Below, in pieces: positions 28,629 through 37,525 of a stretch of DNA of 64,000 bases. The notes under the pieces are model-generated. The model had not been told where the DNA came from, ran no database searches, and saw only the letters and a list, made by a program, of their open reading frames with translations. Each line of letters starts with the position of its first letter. The first letter of the stretch is position 1. The stretch is from Acidimicrobiales bacterium (GTDB lineage: Bacteria; Actinomycetota; Acidimicrobiia; Acidimicrobiales; Aldehydirespiratoraceae): contig JAJCXY010000056.1 in NCBI GenBank assembly GCA_029263215.1, positions 73,678-137,677 of the forward strand, in the 5' to 3' direction. Both the position numbers and the translations under genes were made by a program.

Positions 28629-29672
28629 ATGTCAGACCTCCCAACCGACCCTCGGTCCTTCCACGTCGAGGCTGACGCCGCCCCCGGTGCCGCTCAGGAG
28701 GAGATGCCGGCGCTGCCCCTCGACCCGCCTCCACGCCGTCGAGGGCGCTGGCCCTGGATCCTCGCAGCCGTCCTCTTGGTCGTCGCCTTTGCGGCCGGAG
28801 CCTTCGGAGCCACAGCCTGGTCGACGTGGAGCGCCGTGGAGAAGGTCGATCTCGACTCGGTGCTCCAAGGTTCCGACGGAGGCACCAACTACCTGATCGT
28901 GGGCACCGATTCCCGCGAAGGTGTGTCCGCCGACACCGCGAACGCAGGGGTGATCTTCGGCGAGGGGGTCTCAGGCGAACGAACCGACACGATCGCGATC
29001 TTGAGGATCGATGGCGATACGGCCCGCTTGCTCGCGATCCCCCGCGACCTCTATGTCTCGATCGACGGAGGCTCGCCGAACCGCATCAACGCCGCATTCG
29101 CATTCGGAGGCCCTCCGGCCTTGATCAATACCATCCAGAGTGAGCTGGGCATCGGGATCGACCACTATCTGGAGATCGACCTCGCCGGGTTCCTCGGTCT
29201 GGTCGATGCGCTCGGTGGAGTCACGATCCATTTCCCCCACCCGGCCTACGATCTCAAGTCCGGACTCCGGATCGACACTGCCGGCCCGATGCGCCTGGAT
29301 GGCAGTGAGGCGCTGGCCTACGTTCGCTCGCGCCACCTCGTTGAGATCATCGACGGTGTTGAAGTCCGCGACCTGACGTCCGATCTCGGCCGGGTCCAGC
29401 GCCAGCAGAGCTTTCTCGCCGCCGTGTTCGCTGAGCTGGGCTCCACCTGGAACCCCTTCACCCTGCTCGGAGCACTCGATGGTGTGAGCGGCAACGTGAG
29501 GGTCGACTCGAGCCTGTCTCTACGAGGTGCCGCCACGCTCGGTCTCGATGTGCGTGGTGCCGAGCCCCTCACCGCCACCGTTCCCACTTCGCGCCACATC
29601 ACCGATTCGGGCGCCGATGTGCTGCTCATGACAGCAGAGGCCGAGGTCCTGTTCGCCGAGTTTCGCGGCTAG
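28629..29672 (+). CDS. LytR-CpsA-Psr (LCP) family cell-wall glycopolymer ligase.
   Basis: One N-terminal TM helix. NYLIVGTDSREG...RTDTIAILRID...LAIPRDLYV are LCP core motifs. Confidence 0.9.
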   Translation: MSDLPTDPRSFHVEADAAPGAAQEEMPALPLDPPPRRRGRWPWILAAVLLVVAFAAGAFGATAWSTWSAVEKVDLDSVLQGSDGGTNYLIVGTDSREGVSADTANAGVIFGEGVSGERTDTIAILRIDGDTARLLAIPRDLYVSIDGGSPNRINAAFAFGGPPALINTIQSELGIGIDHYLEIDLAGFLGLVDALGGVTIHFPHPAYDLKSGLRIDTAGPMRLDGSEALAYVRSRHLVEIIDGVEVRDLTSDLGRVQRQQSFLAAVFAELGSTWNPFTLLGALDGVSGNVRVDSSLSLRGAATLGLDVRGAEPLTATVPTSRHITDSGADVLLMTAEAEVLFAEFRG

Positions 29673-30208
29673 ATCGACCGCACGCCGTCGAGGGTTACCA
29701 GCACCCCGACAATCGCGGCCAACATCGCTGTCGACCGGGCGATCCACCGCTGCCACGACGCTGGTATCGGGAGGAGGGCGATTGCCACGATCAGCACGAG
29801 GGCTGGAAGGGCGACAACAACGGTGCCGACCACTCCTGATTCGGAACCGATCGCGATCGCCAACGCCGCAGCCGCGGGGGTGAACCCAACCGGCACCGTC
29901 ATCGGCACCAACCCGGCCAAGGAACCGGCGAGACCGGGCTCGGGCAGCGGGCCAGGAACAAGCATGTCGTGGATGGCCACCACCAACAGTCCTATGCCGG
30001 CAGCGATGCGCGCATCCGGCTCGCTCACCCCCAGGGTGTCGAGCGCGGGCGCCGACAACCATGCGAAGACGACGAGGGCCGCCGTCAGCGCGCCGACACA
30101 CACGGCCAGGGCCGCCTTGCGATCGGCCGGGTTCGTAGGTGCCGCCGCACTGACGCGGCCGGAATTGAGGGCTCCGAAGAGGGCGAGCAGGGCGAGTTGG
30201 GTGGTCAC
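29669..30208 (-). CDS. Small polytopic membrane protein (weak MarC/UPF0056-like resemblance).
   Basis: Five or six hydrophobic segments. LGVSEPDARIAAGIGLLVVAIHDML resembles the MarC-family FGIS..FRIAGG..L motif. Its GTG 30208 overlaps the upstream TGA (GTGA). Confidence 0.55.
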   Translation of the reverse strand: MTTQLALLALFGALNSGRVSAAAPTNPADRKAALAVCVGALTAALVVFAWLSAPALDTLGVSEPDARIAAGIGLLVVAIHDMLVPGPLPEPGLAGSLAGLVPMTVPVGFTPAAAALAIAIGSESGVVGTVVVALPALVLIVAIALLPIPASWQRWIARSTAMLAAIVGVLVTLDGVRSI

Positions 30209-31350
30209 GCCGGAAGGTGTCCCCTCATGAGTAGTAGTGCCGATAGTGCGTGTTGTTGATCGTCCATCTGAGTATCTCCGAGACGAAACCATGCGCCATC
30301 GATGCGAGGGTCATCACTTCGGGCCTGGCGGTCCACCAGAAGGCCCACCGCACATGCTCCGCGCTCTGCGAGCACGTCTCGATCGTCGCCGAGGAGGCCG
30401 GTTCGGGAATCGAGTTCGAGCCAGTTGCCGATTCCCTCCCCCAGCGTGCCCACGCCGGCGCCCAGCGCATTGGGGCCACGGGTCAGTGTGGTGATGCCGC
30501 CTACCCTCTGCGATTCGTAACGGACCTGGAGTCCGAGAAGGCCGAGTTGGCGGTCGATCCACGCCTCCATCGGGCTGTCGATCGATGGCGCATCCGGCCA
30601 TCGATCCATCGTCTCGAAGGCGTAGGCCGCCCAGTGATCGGAGATCGGTGGCCAGGGCCTCTCGACCTCGTCGCGCTGTTCGACTATGTACCGACCGAGG
30701 CGGAGGGCGGGCTCATCGAACTGCTCATCGGGGAAGGTGATGTGCAGGCGGGCCAGCGCCCAGAGCACTTCGCCGGGGAAGAAGGCCGACCGATCCCCGA
30801 GCGGGCCCGTGTCGCGATGGATGCTCGCGTCGAGCACCCCCTCGTCGTTTATGGCCGCCTCAAGGGTTTGCCCCAGCTCGATCATGAGCAAGTCGTGCTG
30901 GGTGTCTGCGGTGAGTAGGCGTCGCTCGTCGAGGGCAGCCAGCAGGAGGGCCGACGACCCCGTCAACAAGCGGGCTCCCTCGCCGAATGCGGGGCCGATC
31001 GGGGTGTCTTGGATCCGGTCGAGGGCCCAGCTGAGGCCGCGGTCGGCGACTCCGGCTGCTCCCGGAACCCCGGCCCGTTCTGCCTGAAACAGGGACCACA
31101 GCACACCGGCGTGACGGGGCTCGTTGTAGCCGCCCTCGTCGACACCCCGATCTCGATCGTAGCGATAGAGGATCCGGCCATCGGCCTCGATGTTGGCCGC
31201 CAGCCATCCCACGGCCGCGCCGCTGGCGCGATCGATCTCAGCGGCGGAGGGCGCCCGGCAGTCTTCGGGATGAACGGCCACCGCCATTACGCCGAACACC
31301 AGGACCCATCCGAGCAAGACTCTGCTCAACCGGTTTCGGAGCGTTTGCAC
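30205..31350 (-). CDS. Secreted or anchored hypothetical protein, possibly an alpha/alpha-toroid fold.
   Basis: N-terminal hydrophobic segment VLLGWVLVFGVMAVAV. The protein is rich in helices and Trp, with a C-terminal FRLGDTQMDDQQHALSAL. No confident family assignment by eye. Confidence 0.6.
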   Translation of the reverse strand: MQTLRNRLSRVLLGWVLVFGVMAVAVHPEDCRAPSAAEIDRASGAAVGWLAANIEADGRILYRYDRDRGVDEGGYNEPRHAGVLWSLFQAERAGVPGAAGVADRGLSWALDRIQDTPIGPAFGEGARLLTGSSALLLAALDERRLLTADTQHDLLMIELGQTLEAAINDEGVLDASIHRDTGPLGDRSAFFPGEVLWALARLHITFPDEQFDEPALRLGRYIVEQRDEVERPWPPISDHWAAYAFETMDRWPDAPSIDSPMEAWIDRQLGLLGLQVRYESQRVGGITTLTRGPNALGAGVGTLGEGIGNWLELDSRTGLLGDDRDVLAERGACAVGLLVDRQARSDDPRIDGAWFRLGDTQMDDQQHALSALLLMRGHLPA

Positions 31351-31393
31351 GTCCGAAACATAGTGCCTGGCTGAGCGGATCTACGATGAGAGG

Positions 31394-31816
31394 ATGAGGT
31401 CTCGTCTGCGTCGTCTGGCGCCCGCACTCGCGGCCGTGCTGGTGCTCTCGCCGCTGGTGCGCGTCGCCGAGAGCGACACCTACCCGCTTTCGACCTACCC
31501 GATGTTCACCGCTGATCGGGGTTCGATCCACGACTTCGCCACCGTCGTGGGTGTCGACGGGGCCGGCGCGGTGGTGCGACTTTCGCCGGAGGTGATCGCC
31601 GGCACCGATGAGGTCGTGCTCGCTTCGGTCACCGTCGAGCGGGCAGTAGCGCGAGACCGGGCCGAGGGCCTCTGTGAAGCTGTGGCGGCACGCGCCGGCA
31701 GGCCGCTCACCGAGATCATCGTGCGTTCCGAGACTGTCGATCTGGTCGCCCATATCGTCGACGACGAGCCTGCGCTCGCCATCGTGGAACACGCCCGGTG
31801 CGACGTGACGCCATGA
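31394..31816 (+). CDS. Small secreted protein (140 aa), possible SdpA-like partner of the downstream HTTM protein.
   Basis: Sec-type signal peptide MRSRLRRLAPALAAVLVLSPLVRVA. Its stop overlaps the ATG of the next gene (ATGA at 31813-31816). Confidence 0.55.
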   Translation: MRSRLRRLAPALAAVLVLSPLVRVAESDTYPLSTYPMFTADRGSIHDFATVVGVDGAGAVVRLSPEVIAGTDEVVLASVTVERAVARDRAEGLCEAVAARAGRPLTEIIVRSETVDLVAHIVDDEPALAIVEHARCDVTP

Positions 31817-32721
31817 TCAAGCGCCTCGCCGTCCTGCGTATCTTGATGTTCACCTACGCGGCGATCTGGACCACGGTCCGCGCCCCCCACCTGCTCGACA
31901 CCACCGACCTCGAGTCGATCCGCTTTGATCCGATCGGTCCCCTCTGGTTCCTTCAGGCGCCCGTGCCCGACGGCCTTGTGCTCGTCCTCGTTGTTGTCAC
32001 TCCCCTTGCCGCGGCCCTTGCCGCGTTGGGATGGCGCTACCGGTTGACCGCACCGCTCGCCGCATTCAGCTTCCTCATGATCACGACCTACCGAAATTCG
32101 TGGGGCCAGCTCTTCCACACAGAGAACCTCGCCTCGTTGCAGTTGATCGTGCTGGCGATCGCCACCGTCGCGGGCTCTGTCTGGTCGCTCGACGCCCGAC
32201 GCCACCCATCCCGAGCACGGGCATCGGCCGACGACGGGCGTTGGGCAGTCGATGCGATGGCTGTCCTCGCGGTCGGCACCTACTTCCTCGCCGGGGTGGC
32301 CAAGGTCCGGATCAGCGGATGGGACTGGGTGAGCGGCGACACACTGCTGCACCAGGTCACGTTCGACAATGTGCGCAAGGAACTACTCGGTGATCCATCC
32401 TCACCGCTGGCGGCGTGGTTCGTTGGCCAGACGTGGCTGATGGCACCTGCTGCGGTGGCTTCCATGATCCTCGAGCTCGGCGCGCCGCTCGCTCTCCTGC
32501 ACCGGCGTGTCGGCCAGGTCTGGGCCCTGGCCGCGGTCGGCTTCCATCTCGGCGTACTCGTCCTCATGTACATCATGTTCCCCTACCACCTGCTGGCCAT
32601 CGGCTTGGCTCCCCTGCTTCCGGTCGAGAACCTGGCGCCGCGATTGGCCCGCACTACGGTCGGACGGGCATGGACACGTCACTTCCGACTCGCCTCGTCG
32701 ACTTCACCGGTAGCTGGCTGA
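31813..32721 (+). CDS. HTTM-domain (vitamin-K-dependent-carboxylase / SdpB-like) integral membrane protein.
   Basis: LAVLRI...GWRYRLTAPLAAFSFL...H..NL..LQL..LAI....VWSLDARR matches the HTTM domain layout. Polytopic. Confidence 0.6.
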   Translation: MIKRLAVLRILMFTYAAIWTTVRAPHLLDTTDLESIRFDPIGPLWFLQAPVPDGLVLVLVVVTPLAAALAALGWRYRLTAPLAAFSFLMITTYRNSWGQLFHTENLASLQLIVLAIATVAGSVWSLDARRHPSRARASADDGRWAVDAMAVLAVGTYFLAGVAKVRISGWDWVSGDTLLHQVTFDNVRKELLGDPSSPLAAWFVGQTWLMAPAAVASMILELGAPLALLHRRVGQVWALAAVGFHLGVLVLMYIMFPYHLLAIGLAPLLPVENLAPRLARTTVGRAWTRHFRLASSTSPVAG

Positions 32722-33836
32722 CTCAGGCCCTTCGCGAGGCCGGCACCATCAGCGAGTCGACGGTGGTCTCCTCGGTGCAGCGGTCGATTCTCGGCCGCGG
32801 AGAGGGATTCGTAGGCGACATCGCCCGGCTCGAGCTGGGTTACCGCGGCGGCGCGGGTCCCGCATCGGTAATCGCGAAGATTCCCACCACGGTGGAGGAG
32901 AATCGGGCGACGGGACAACTGCTCGGAGTGTACGAGCGCGAGGTTCGCGCCTACTCGGGATTGGTCGCCACACTCGACGTACCGGTGGCGAAGGTCCACG
33001 CTGCCCTGATCGGCGGCCACATCGATGGATCGGCCCAGCTCGACAAGATGAAGAAGGTCGACCGACTACCGATCTGGCTGATCCGCCGCTTGCTGACGAT
33101 CGAGCGAGGCCGCCTGGAAGCTCCTCCCGCGGTGCTCCTGCTGGAGGATCTCTCAGGCTACGAAGCGGGCGACCAACTGGCGGGCTGTGGCATCGAGCGA
33201 GCGGCCGAAGTACTCGAAGTGGCTGCCCGACTCCACGCCTCCAGCTGGGGACCCAGGCTTCCGGCAACCGAGCACTGGCTCCAACCCGGCGATGTCGTCC
33301 CCCGGCTCTTCCATGCCTCCTACCTCAACGCACGGAAGGGCTTCGCCCGTGTCGCCGGTCCTCATCTCTCGCCTCATGCGATGAATCTCTTCGAGAGCTT
33401 CCGCCGACGAGGCCGACGCCTCGTGCAATCCCTACACACCGAGTCCCCACGTTGTGTGCTCCACGGCGATCTCCGCCTCGACAACCTGTTCTTTTCCGGC
33501 GACGGTTCGATCCGCGCGGTGATCGACTGGCAAATTCCGAACCTCGGTCCCGGAGTGCTCGATGTCGCCTATTTCCTCGCTGGATCTCTCTCCCCCGACA
33601 CGCCCGAGGGACAGATCGACAACCTCCTCGCCGGTTACCACCGAACCCTCGTCGATCATGGTGTGGCCCAGTACTCCCTTGATCGCCTGCGGGCCGACTA
33701 CACCAAGTCGTTACTCGTGGTGCTCTATCGTTTCGCCGGTGTCGAGTCGATGGATTTCGGCGACGACCGCGGTGCGCGGTTGATCGCCACTTGGCTGGGG
33801 CGTCTCGACGCTCGGCTCGCTCGTATTCCGGCCTAG
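32670..33836 (+). CDS. Aminoglycoside-phosphotransferase / ecdysteroid-kinase-like (APH/EcKL) small-molecule kinase.
   Basis: Brenner motif HGDLRLDNLFF followed by VIDWQ. ATG 32670 overlaps the end of the HTTM gene by 52 nt. Confidence 0.8.
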   Translation: MDTSLPTRLVDFTGSWLTQALREAGTISESTVVSSVQRSILGRGEGFVGDIARLELGYRGGAGPASVIAKIPTTVEENRATGQLLGVYEREVRAYSGLVATLDVPVAKVHAALIGGHIDGSAQLDKMKKVDRLPIWLIRRLLTIERGRLEAPPAVLLLEDLSGYEAGDQLAGCGIERAAEVLEVAARLHASSWGPRLPATEHWLQPGDVVPRLFHASYLNARKGFARVAGPHLSPHAMNLFESFRRRGRRLVQSLHTESPRCVLHGDLRLDNLFFSGDGSIRAVIDWQIPNLGPGVLDVAYFLAGSLSPDTPEGQIDNLLAGYHRTLVDHGVAQYSLDRLRADYTKSLLVVLYRFAGVESMDFGDDRGARLIATWLGRLDARLARIPA

Positions 33837-33845
33837 CCTGCGGCC

Positions 33846-34757
33846 ATGACCGCTGATATCTCCGAGACGTTCGATCCCCATCGCTGGCGCCGGGTCCCTG
33901 GCTTCGAAGCCTTGGTCGACATCACCTACCACCGCGCGGTCGACCAGGGAACGGTGAGGATCGCCTTCGACCGTCCGGAAGTACGAAACGCGTTCCGCCC
34001 CGGCACCGTCGACGAGTTGTATCGCTGCATCGACCATGCCCGCATGACGAGCGATGTCGGATGTGTGCTCATCACCGGCAACGGTCCCTCCCCTCGCGAC
34101 GGCGGCTGGGCCTTCTGCAGCGGCGGCGACCAGCGGATTCGTGGCCGGGCCGGCTACCAGTACGCGGAGGGCGAGACCGCCGACACCATCGACCCGGCGC
34201 GAGCCGGTCGGCTCCACATCCTCGAAGTGCAGCGTCTCATCCGCACCTCGCCCAAGGTCGTGATCGCAGTGGTGCCGGGCTGGGCCGTGGGCGGCGGGCA
34301 CAGTCTTCACGTCACCGCTGATCTCACCATCGCCAGCGAGGAGCACGCGATCTTCAAGCAAACCGACACCGATGTAGCGAGTTTCGACGGAGGCTTCGGT
34401 TCGGCCTACCTTGCTCGCCAGGTAGGTCAGAAGCGGGCGCGGGAGATCTTCTTTCTCGGGCGCAGCTATTCGGCTCGCGAAGCTTTCGACATGGGCATGG
34501 TGAACGCCGTCGTCCCCCACGCCGACCTCGAAGCAACCGCGCTCGAGTGGGGTGCGGAGATCAACGCGAAGAGTCCCACCGGCCAACGCATGGCCAAATT
34601 CGCCCTCAACCTGATCGACGACGGCCTCATGGGCCAGCAGGTGTTCGCCGGCGAGGCCACACGCCTCGCCTACATGACCGACGAGGCAGTGGAGGGCCGC
34701 GATGCCTTCTTGGAAAAGAGGGCACCGGATTGGTCTGAGTTTCCGTGGTACTTCTGA
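33846..34757 (+). CDS. menB: 1,4-dihydroxy-2-naphthoyl-CoA synthase.
   Basis: Crotonase fold with the MenB-typical N-terminus (DITYHRAVDQGTVRIAFDRPEVRNAFRP) and C-terminus (EGRDAFLEKRAPDWSEFPWYF). Confidence 0.95.
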   Translation: MTADISETFDPHRWRRVPGFEALVDITYHRAVDQGTVRIAFDRPEVRNAFRPGTVDELYRCIDHARMTSDVGCVLITGNGPSPRDGGWAFCSGGDQRIRGRAGYQYAEGETADTIDPARAGRLHILEVQRLIRTSPKVVIAVVPGWAVGGGHSLHVTADLTIASEEHAIFKQTDTDVASFDGGFGSAYLARQVGQKRAREIFFLGRSYSAREAFDMGMVNAVVPHADLEATALEWGAEINAKSPTGQRMAKFALNLIDDGLMGQQVFAGEATRLAYMTDEAVEGRDAFLEKRAPDWSEFPWYF

Positions 34758-35407
34758 GTCTCGACGACCCGAATCTGGCCATCCGGTTCTGGAAGCCCTA
34801 CGACGTCCTCAGTTCGTTCACCGACACCGAGGGCCGCTCCACCCTCGCCGACTTCATCGATCTCCCCGGGATCTACGCGGCGGGCCGCCTCGACCGCGAC
34901 AGCGAGGGGCTGCTCCTGCTCACCCGGGCTCAGAAGCTACGCACCGATCTCATGAATCCCGACATCGGCCATCCCCGCTCCTACCTGGTACAGGTAGAGG
35001 GCATCCCCGGCACCGATGCCTTGTCGCGCCTCGAGCGCGGGGTCGAGCTCAAGGGAGTTCCCACCCGGCCGGCCCAGGCCGAGGCGTTGGTCGACCCGCC
35101 CATGCTCCCAGCCCGGCCGGTGCCAATCCGGGTCCGCAAGTCGATTCCCGACAGCTGGATTCGCCTCACTCTCACCGAGGGAAGGAATCGGCAGGTACGA
35201 AAGATGACCGCGGCGGTGGGCCATCCCACCCTACGGCTGGTGCGGGAATCGATCGGCCCGGTCGCACTCACAGGTCTGGGTCCCGGCGACTGGAGCGCCC
35301 TGAGCACCCGCGAGCACGCCTCGCTCATCAAGAGCCTCAGCGAGGCCCGATCCTCCAGTCGACCGGCTCACGGCCGGCCGCCACGAGGGCGTCGTTCGCC
35401 CGGCTGA
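34745..35407 (+). CDS. RsuA/RluE-family rRNA pseudouridine synthase.
   Basis: Catalytic motif GRLDRDSEGLLLLT and RNRQVRKM. The GTG start overlaps the menB end by 13 nt. Confidence 0.85.
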   Translation: MVLLSLDDPNLAIRFWKPYDVLSSFTDTEGRSTLADFIDLPGIYAAGRLDRDSEGLLLLTRAQKLRTDLMNPDIGHPRSYLVQVEGIPGTDALSRLERGVELKGVPTRPAQAEALVDPPMLPARPVPIRVRKSIPDSWIRLTLTEGRNRQVRKMTAAVGHPTLRLVRESIGPVALTGLGPGDWSALSTREHASLIKSLSEARSSSRPAHGRPPRGRRSPG

Positions 35408-36008
35408 ATGGTCGAGAGCCGAAGAAGCCCCGATGCGCCGACAGAGGCGATGGATGGGGCGACTCGATCACCACGTGTCGATCCTGCTGTATCAGTGACT
35501 TCTTCTTGCGCGCCGATGCCCCCCACAAGATGAACACCACAGGCTCAGGTTTCGCGCTCACTGCTCGGATCACCTCGTCGGTGAAGGTCTCCCACCCCCG
35601 ACCTTGATGGCTCGCAGCCTGACGGGCCCTCACCGTGAGGGTGGCGTTGAGAAGCAGTACTCCCTGCCGGGCCCATGATTCGAGGTTTCCCGCGTCGGGT
35701 ACCGGCAACCCGAGATCGCTTTCGAGTTCCTTGCAGATGTTGGTGAGCGAAGGCGGCTTGGGAACGCCATCGCCCACGCTGAAACACAGCCCATGGGCCT
35801 GGCCCGCACCGTGGTATGGGTCTTGGCCGAGGATGAGCACCTTCACCTCGGCAAAGGCTGTGAGGTGAAGGGCGGCGAAGACTCTCTCGGGGGGCGGGAA
35901 AACAGTGTGGGCAGCCCTCTCCTCGGCCACAAAACTCATGAGCTCAGCCCAGTAGGGCCTGCCGAACTCGGCCCTCAGGATTGGGTTCCAGTCGGTGGTG
36001 GCGGCCAT
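35337..36008 (-). CDS. ung: Uracil-DNA glycosylase (family 1).
   Basis: Motifs ILGQDPYHG, GVLLLN and HPSPLSA. Confidence 0.95.
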   Translation of the reverse strand: MAATTDWNPILRAEFGRPYWAELMSFVAEERAAHTVFPPPERVFAALHLTAFAEVKVLILGQDPYHGAGQAHGLCFSVGDGVPKPPSLTNICKELESDLGLPVPDAGNLESWARQGVLLLNATLTVRARQAASHQGRGWETFTDEVIRAVSAKPEPVVFILWGASARKKKSLIQQDRHVVIESPHPSPLSAHRGFFGSRPFSRANDALVAAGREPVDWRIGPR

Positions 36009-36017
36009 CGAGAGGCG

Positions 36018-37442
36018 TCAGGAGCGCGCCCCCAACACCGCCTTGGCCTCCAGATACTCCTCGAGGCCGAGAGGACCCCACTCGCGCCCGTTGCCCGACT
36101 GCTTGTAGCCACCGAACGGTGCGTTGAAGTCGGGACCAGCGCCGTTGACGTGCACGTTGCCGGTTCGGAGCCGGCGGGCCACCGCGACAGCACGCTCCTG
36201 GCTACCCGAGACGTAGCCCGAGAGGCCGTAGACGGTGTCGTTGGCGATCCTCACTGCATCGTCGTCATCCTCGTAGCCGATGATGACCATGACGGGTCCG
36301 AAGACCTCTTCACGGGCAATGCGCATGTCGTTGGTGACGTCGGCGAAGACGGTGGGACGGACGAAGTAGCCCGAATCGAGGCCGTCTGGGAGGCCCGTTC
36401 CCCCGGCAACCAGGGTGGCGCCCTCGTCGATTCCGGCTTGGATGAGGCCCTGGATCTTGTTCCATTGGACCTCAGACACCACCGGACCCATCATCACTGC
36501 GTCGGAGCCTGGGTCGCCCACCGAGATCGCCTCAGCGGTTTTCGCCGCGATCCCCGCTGCTTCATCCATGCGACTGTTGGGCACCAACATGCGGGTGCCG
36601 GCATTGCACGACTGGCCGGAGTTCATGCACATCCCACCCATGTCGCGGGCCACTACCTCGGCGAAATCCGCGTCGTCGAGAATGATGTTGGCTGACTTGC
36701 CTCCGAGTTCCTGGGCCACTCTCTTCACCGTGGGAGCGGCGTTTCTGGCCACCTCGACCCCGGCCCGCGTTGATCCGGTGAACGACATCATGTCGACGTC
36801 GCTATGAGCGGACAGATGAGAGCCCACCGTGGGACCGTCGCCATTCACGAGGTTGAACACCCCGGCCGGGACGCCGGCGTCGTGGAGGATCTCGGCGAAG
36901 AGGATCGCGTTGAGCGGCGCCACTTCCGAGGGCTTCAGCACCATTGTGCAGCCGGCGGCGAGGGCAGGGGCGACCTTGCATGCGATCTGGTTGAGAGGCC
37001 AGTTCCAAGGGGTGATCATCCCCACCACGCCCACCGGTTCCTTGACCAGCAGGAAGTTGTCGTGCTGTTCCTCGAAGTCGAAACCACGAAGGATGGCCGC
37101 GGTTGTGGCGAAGTGGAAGAAACCCGTGGGGGCCTGAGCGGCCTTGGCCAGTCCGCCCGGCGCCCCCATCTCCGCGGAGATGGTGTCGGCCAGTTCCTCT
37201 GATCGGGTCCCGAGGAGCTCGGTGATCTTGTCGAGGATTGCGAGCCGCTCCTCGACCGAGGTCTGGGAGTAGGTCTCGAAGGCGGCCTTGGCCGCCGCGA
37301 CCGCAGCATCGATGTCGGCCGGCCCACCCATCGCTATCCGGGTTATCGCCTGTTCGGTGGCCGGGTTGATGACCTCGATGGTGGTGTCGGTGGTGGGCTC
37401 CACCCACTCGCCGTTGATGTAGAACTTTTCACTGTTGGTCAC
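36018..37442 (-). CDS. NAD(P)+-dependent aldehyde dehydrogenase.
   Basis: Motifs FTGSTRAG, ELGGKS and catalytic NSGQSCNAG. The GTG start has GGGAG 8 nt upstream. Confidence 0.95.
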   Translation of the reverse strand: MTNSEKFYINGEWVEPTTDTTIEVINPATEQAITRIAMGGPADIDAAVAAAKAAFETYSQTSVEERLAILDKITELLGTRSEELADTISAEMGAPGGLAKAAQAPTGFFHFATTAAILRGFDFEEQHDNFLLVKEPVGVVGMITPWNWPLNQIACKVAPALAAGCTMVLKPSEVAPLNAILFAEILHDAGVPAGVFNLVNGDGPTVGSHLSAHSDVDMMSFTGSTRAGVEVARNAAPTVKRVAQELGGKSANIILDDADFAEVVARDMGGMCMNSGQSCNAGTRMLVPNSRMDEAAGIAAKTAEAISVGDPGSDAVMMGPVVSEVQWNKIQGLIQAGIDEGATLVAGGTGLPDGLDSGYFVRPTVFADVTNDMRIAREEVFGPVMVIIGYEDDDDAVRIANDTVYGLSGYVSGSQERAVAVARRLRTGNVHVNGAGPDFNAPFGGYKQSGNGREWGPLGLEEYLEAKAVLGARS

Positions 37443-37525
37443 GATGCTGCTCCCGGTGTTTGCAGGGTCGATTCGGCCGCGCCGACCCTAGACCCGAGTT
37501 CGGACAGGTCGAAACTCGCGTGCGG

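Noticed and set aside
37465-37518. Two small hairpins (GGGTCG/CGACCC at 37465-37488, CGAGTT/AACTCG at 37495-37518) between the GlnA-like and ALDH genes, as an attenuator.
   Set aside because: The stems are only 6 bp with 12-nt loops and no U-tract. Such stems are expected by chance in GC-rich DNA.
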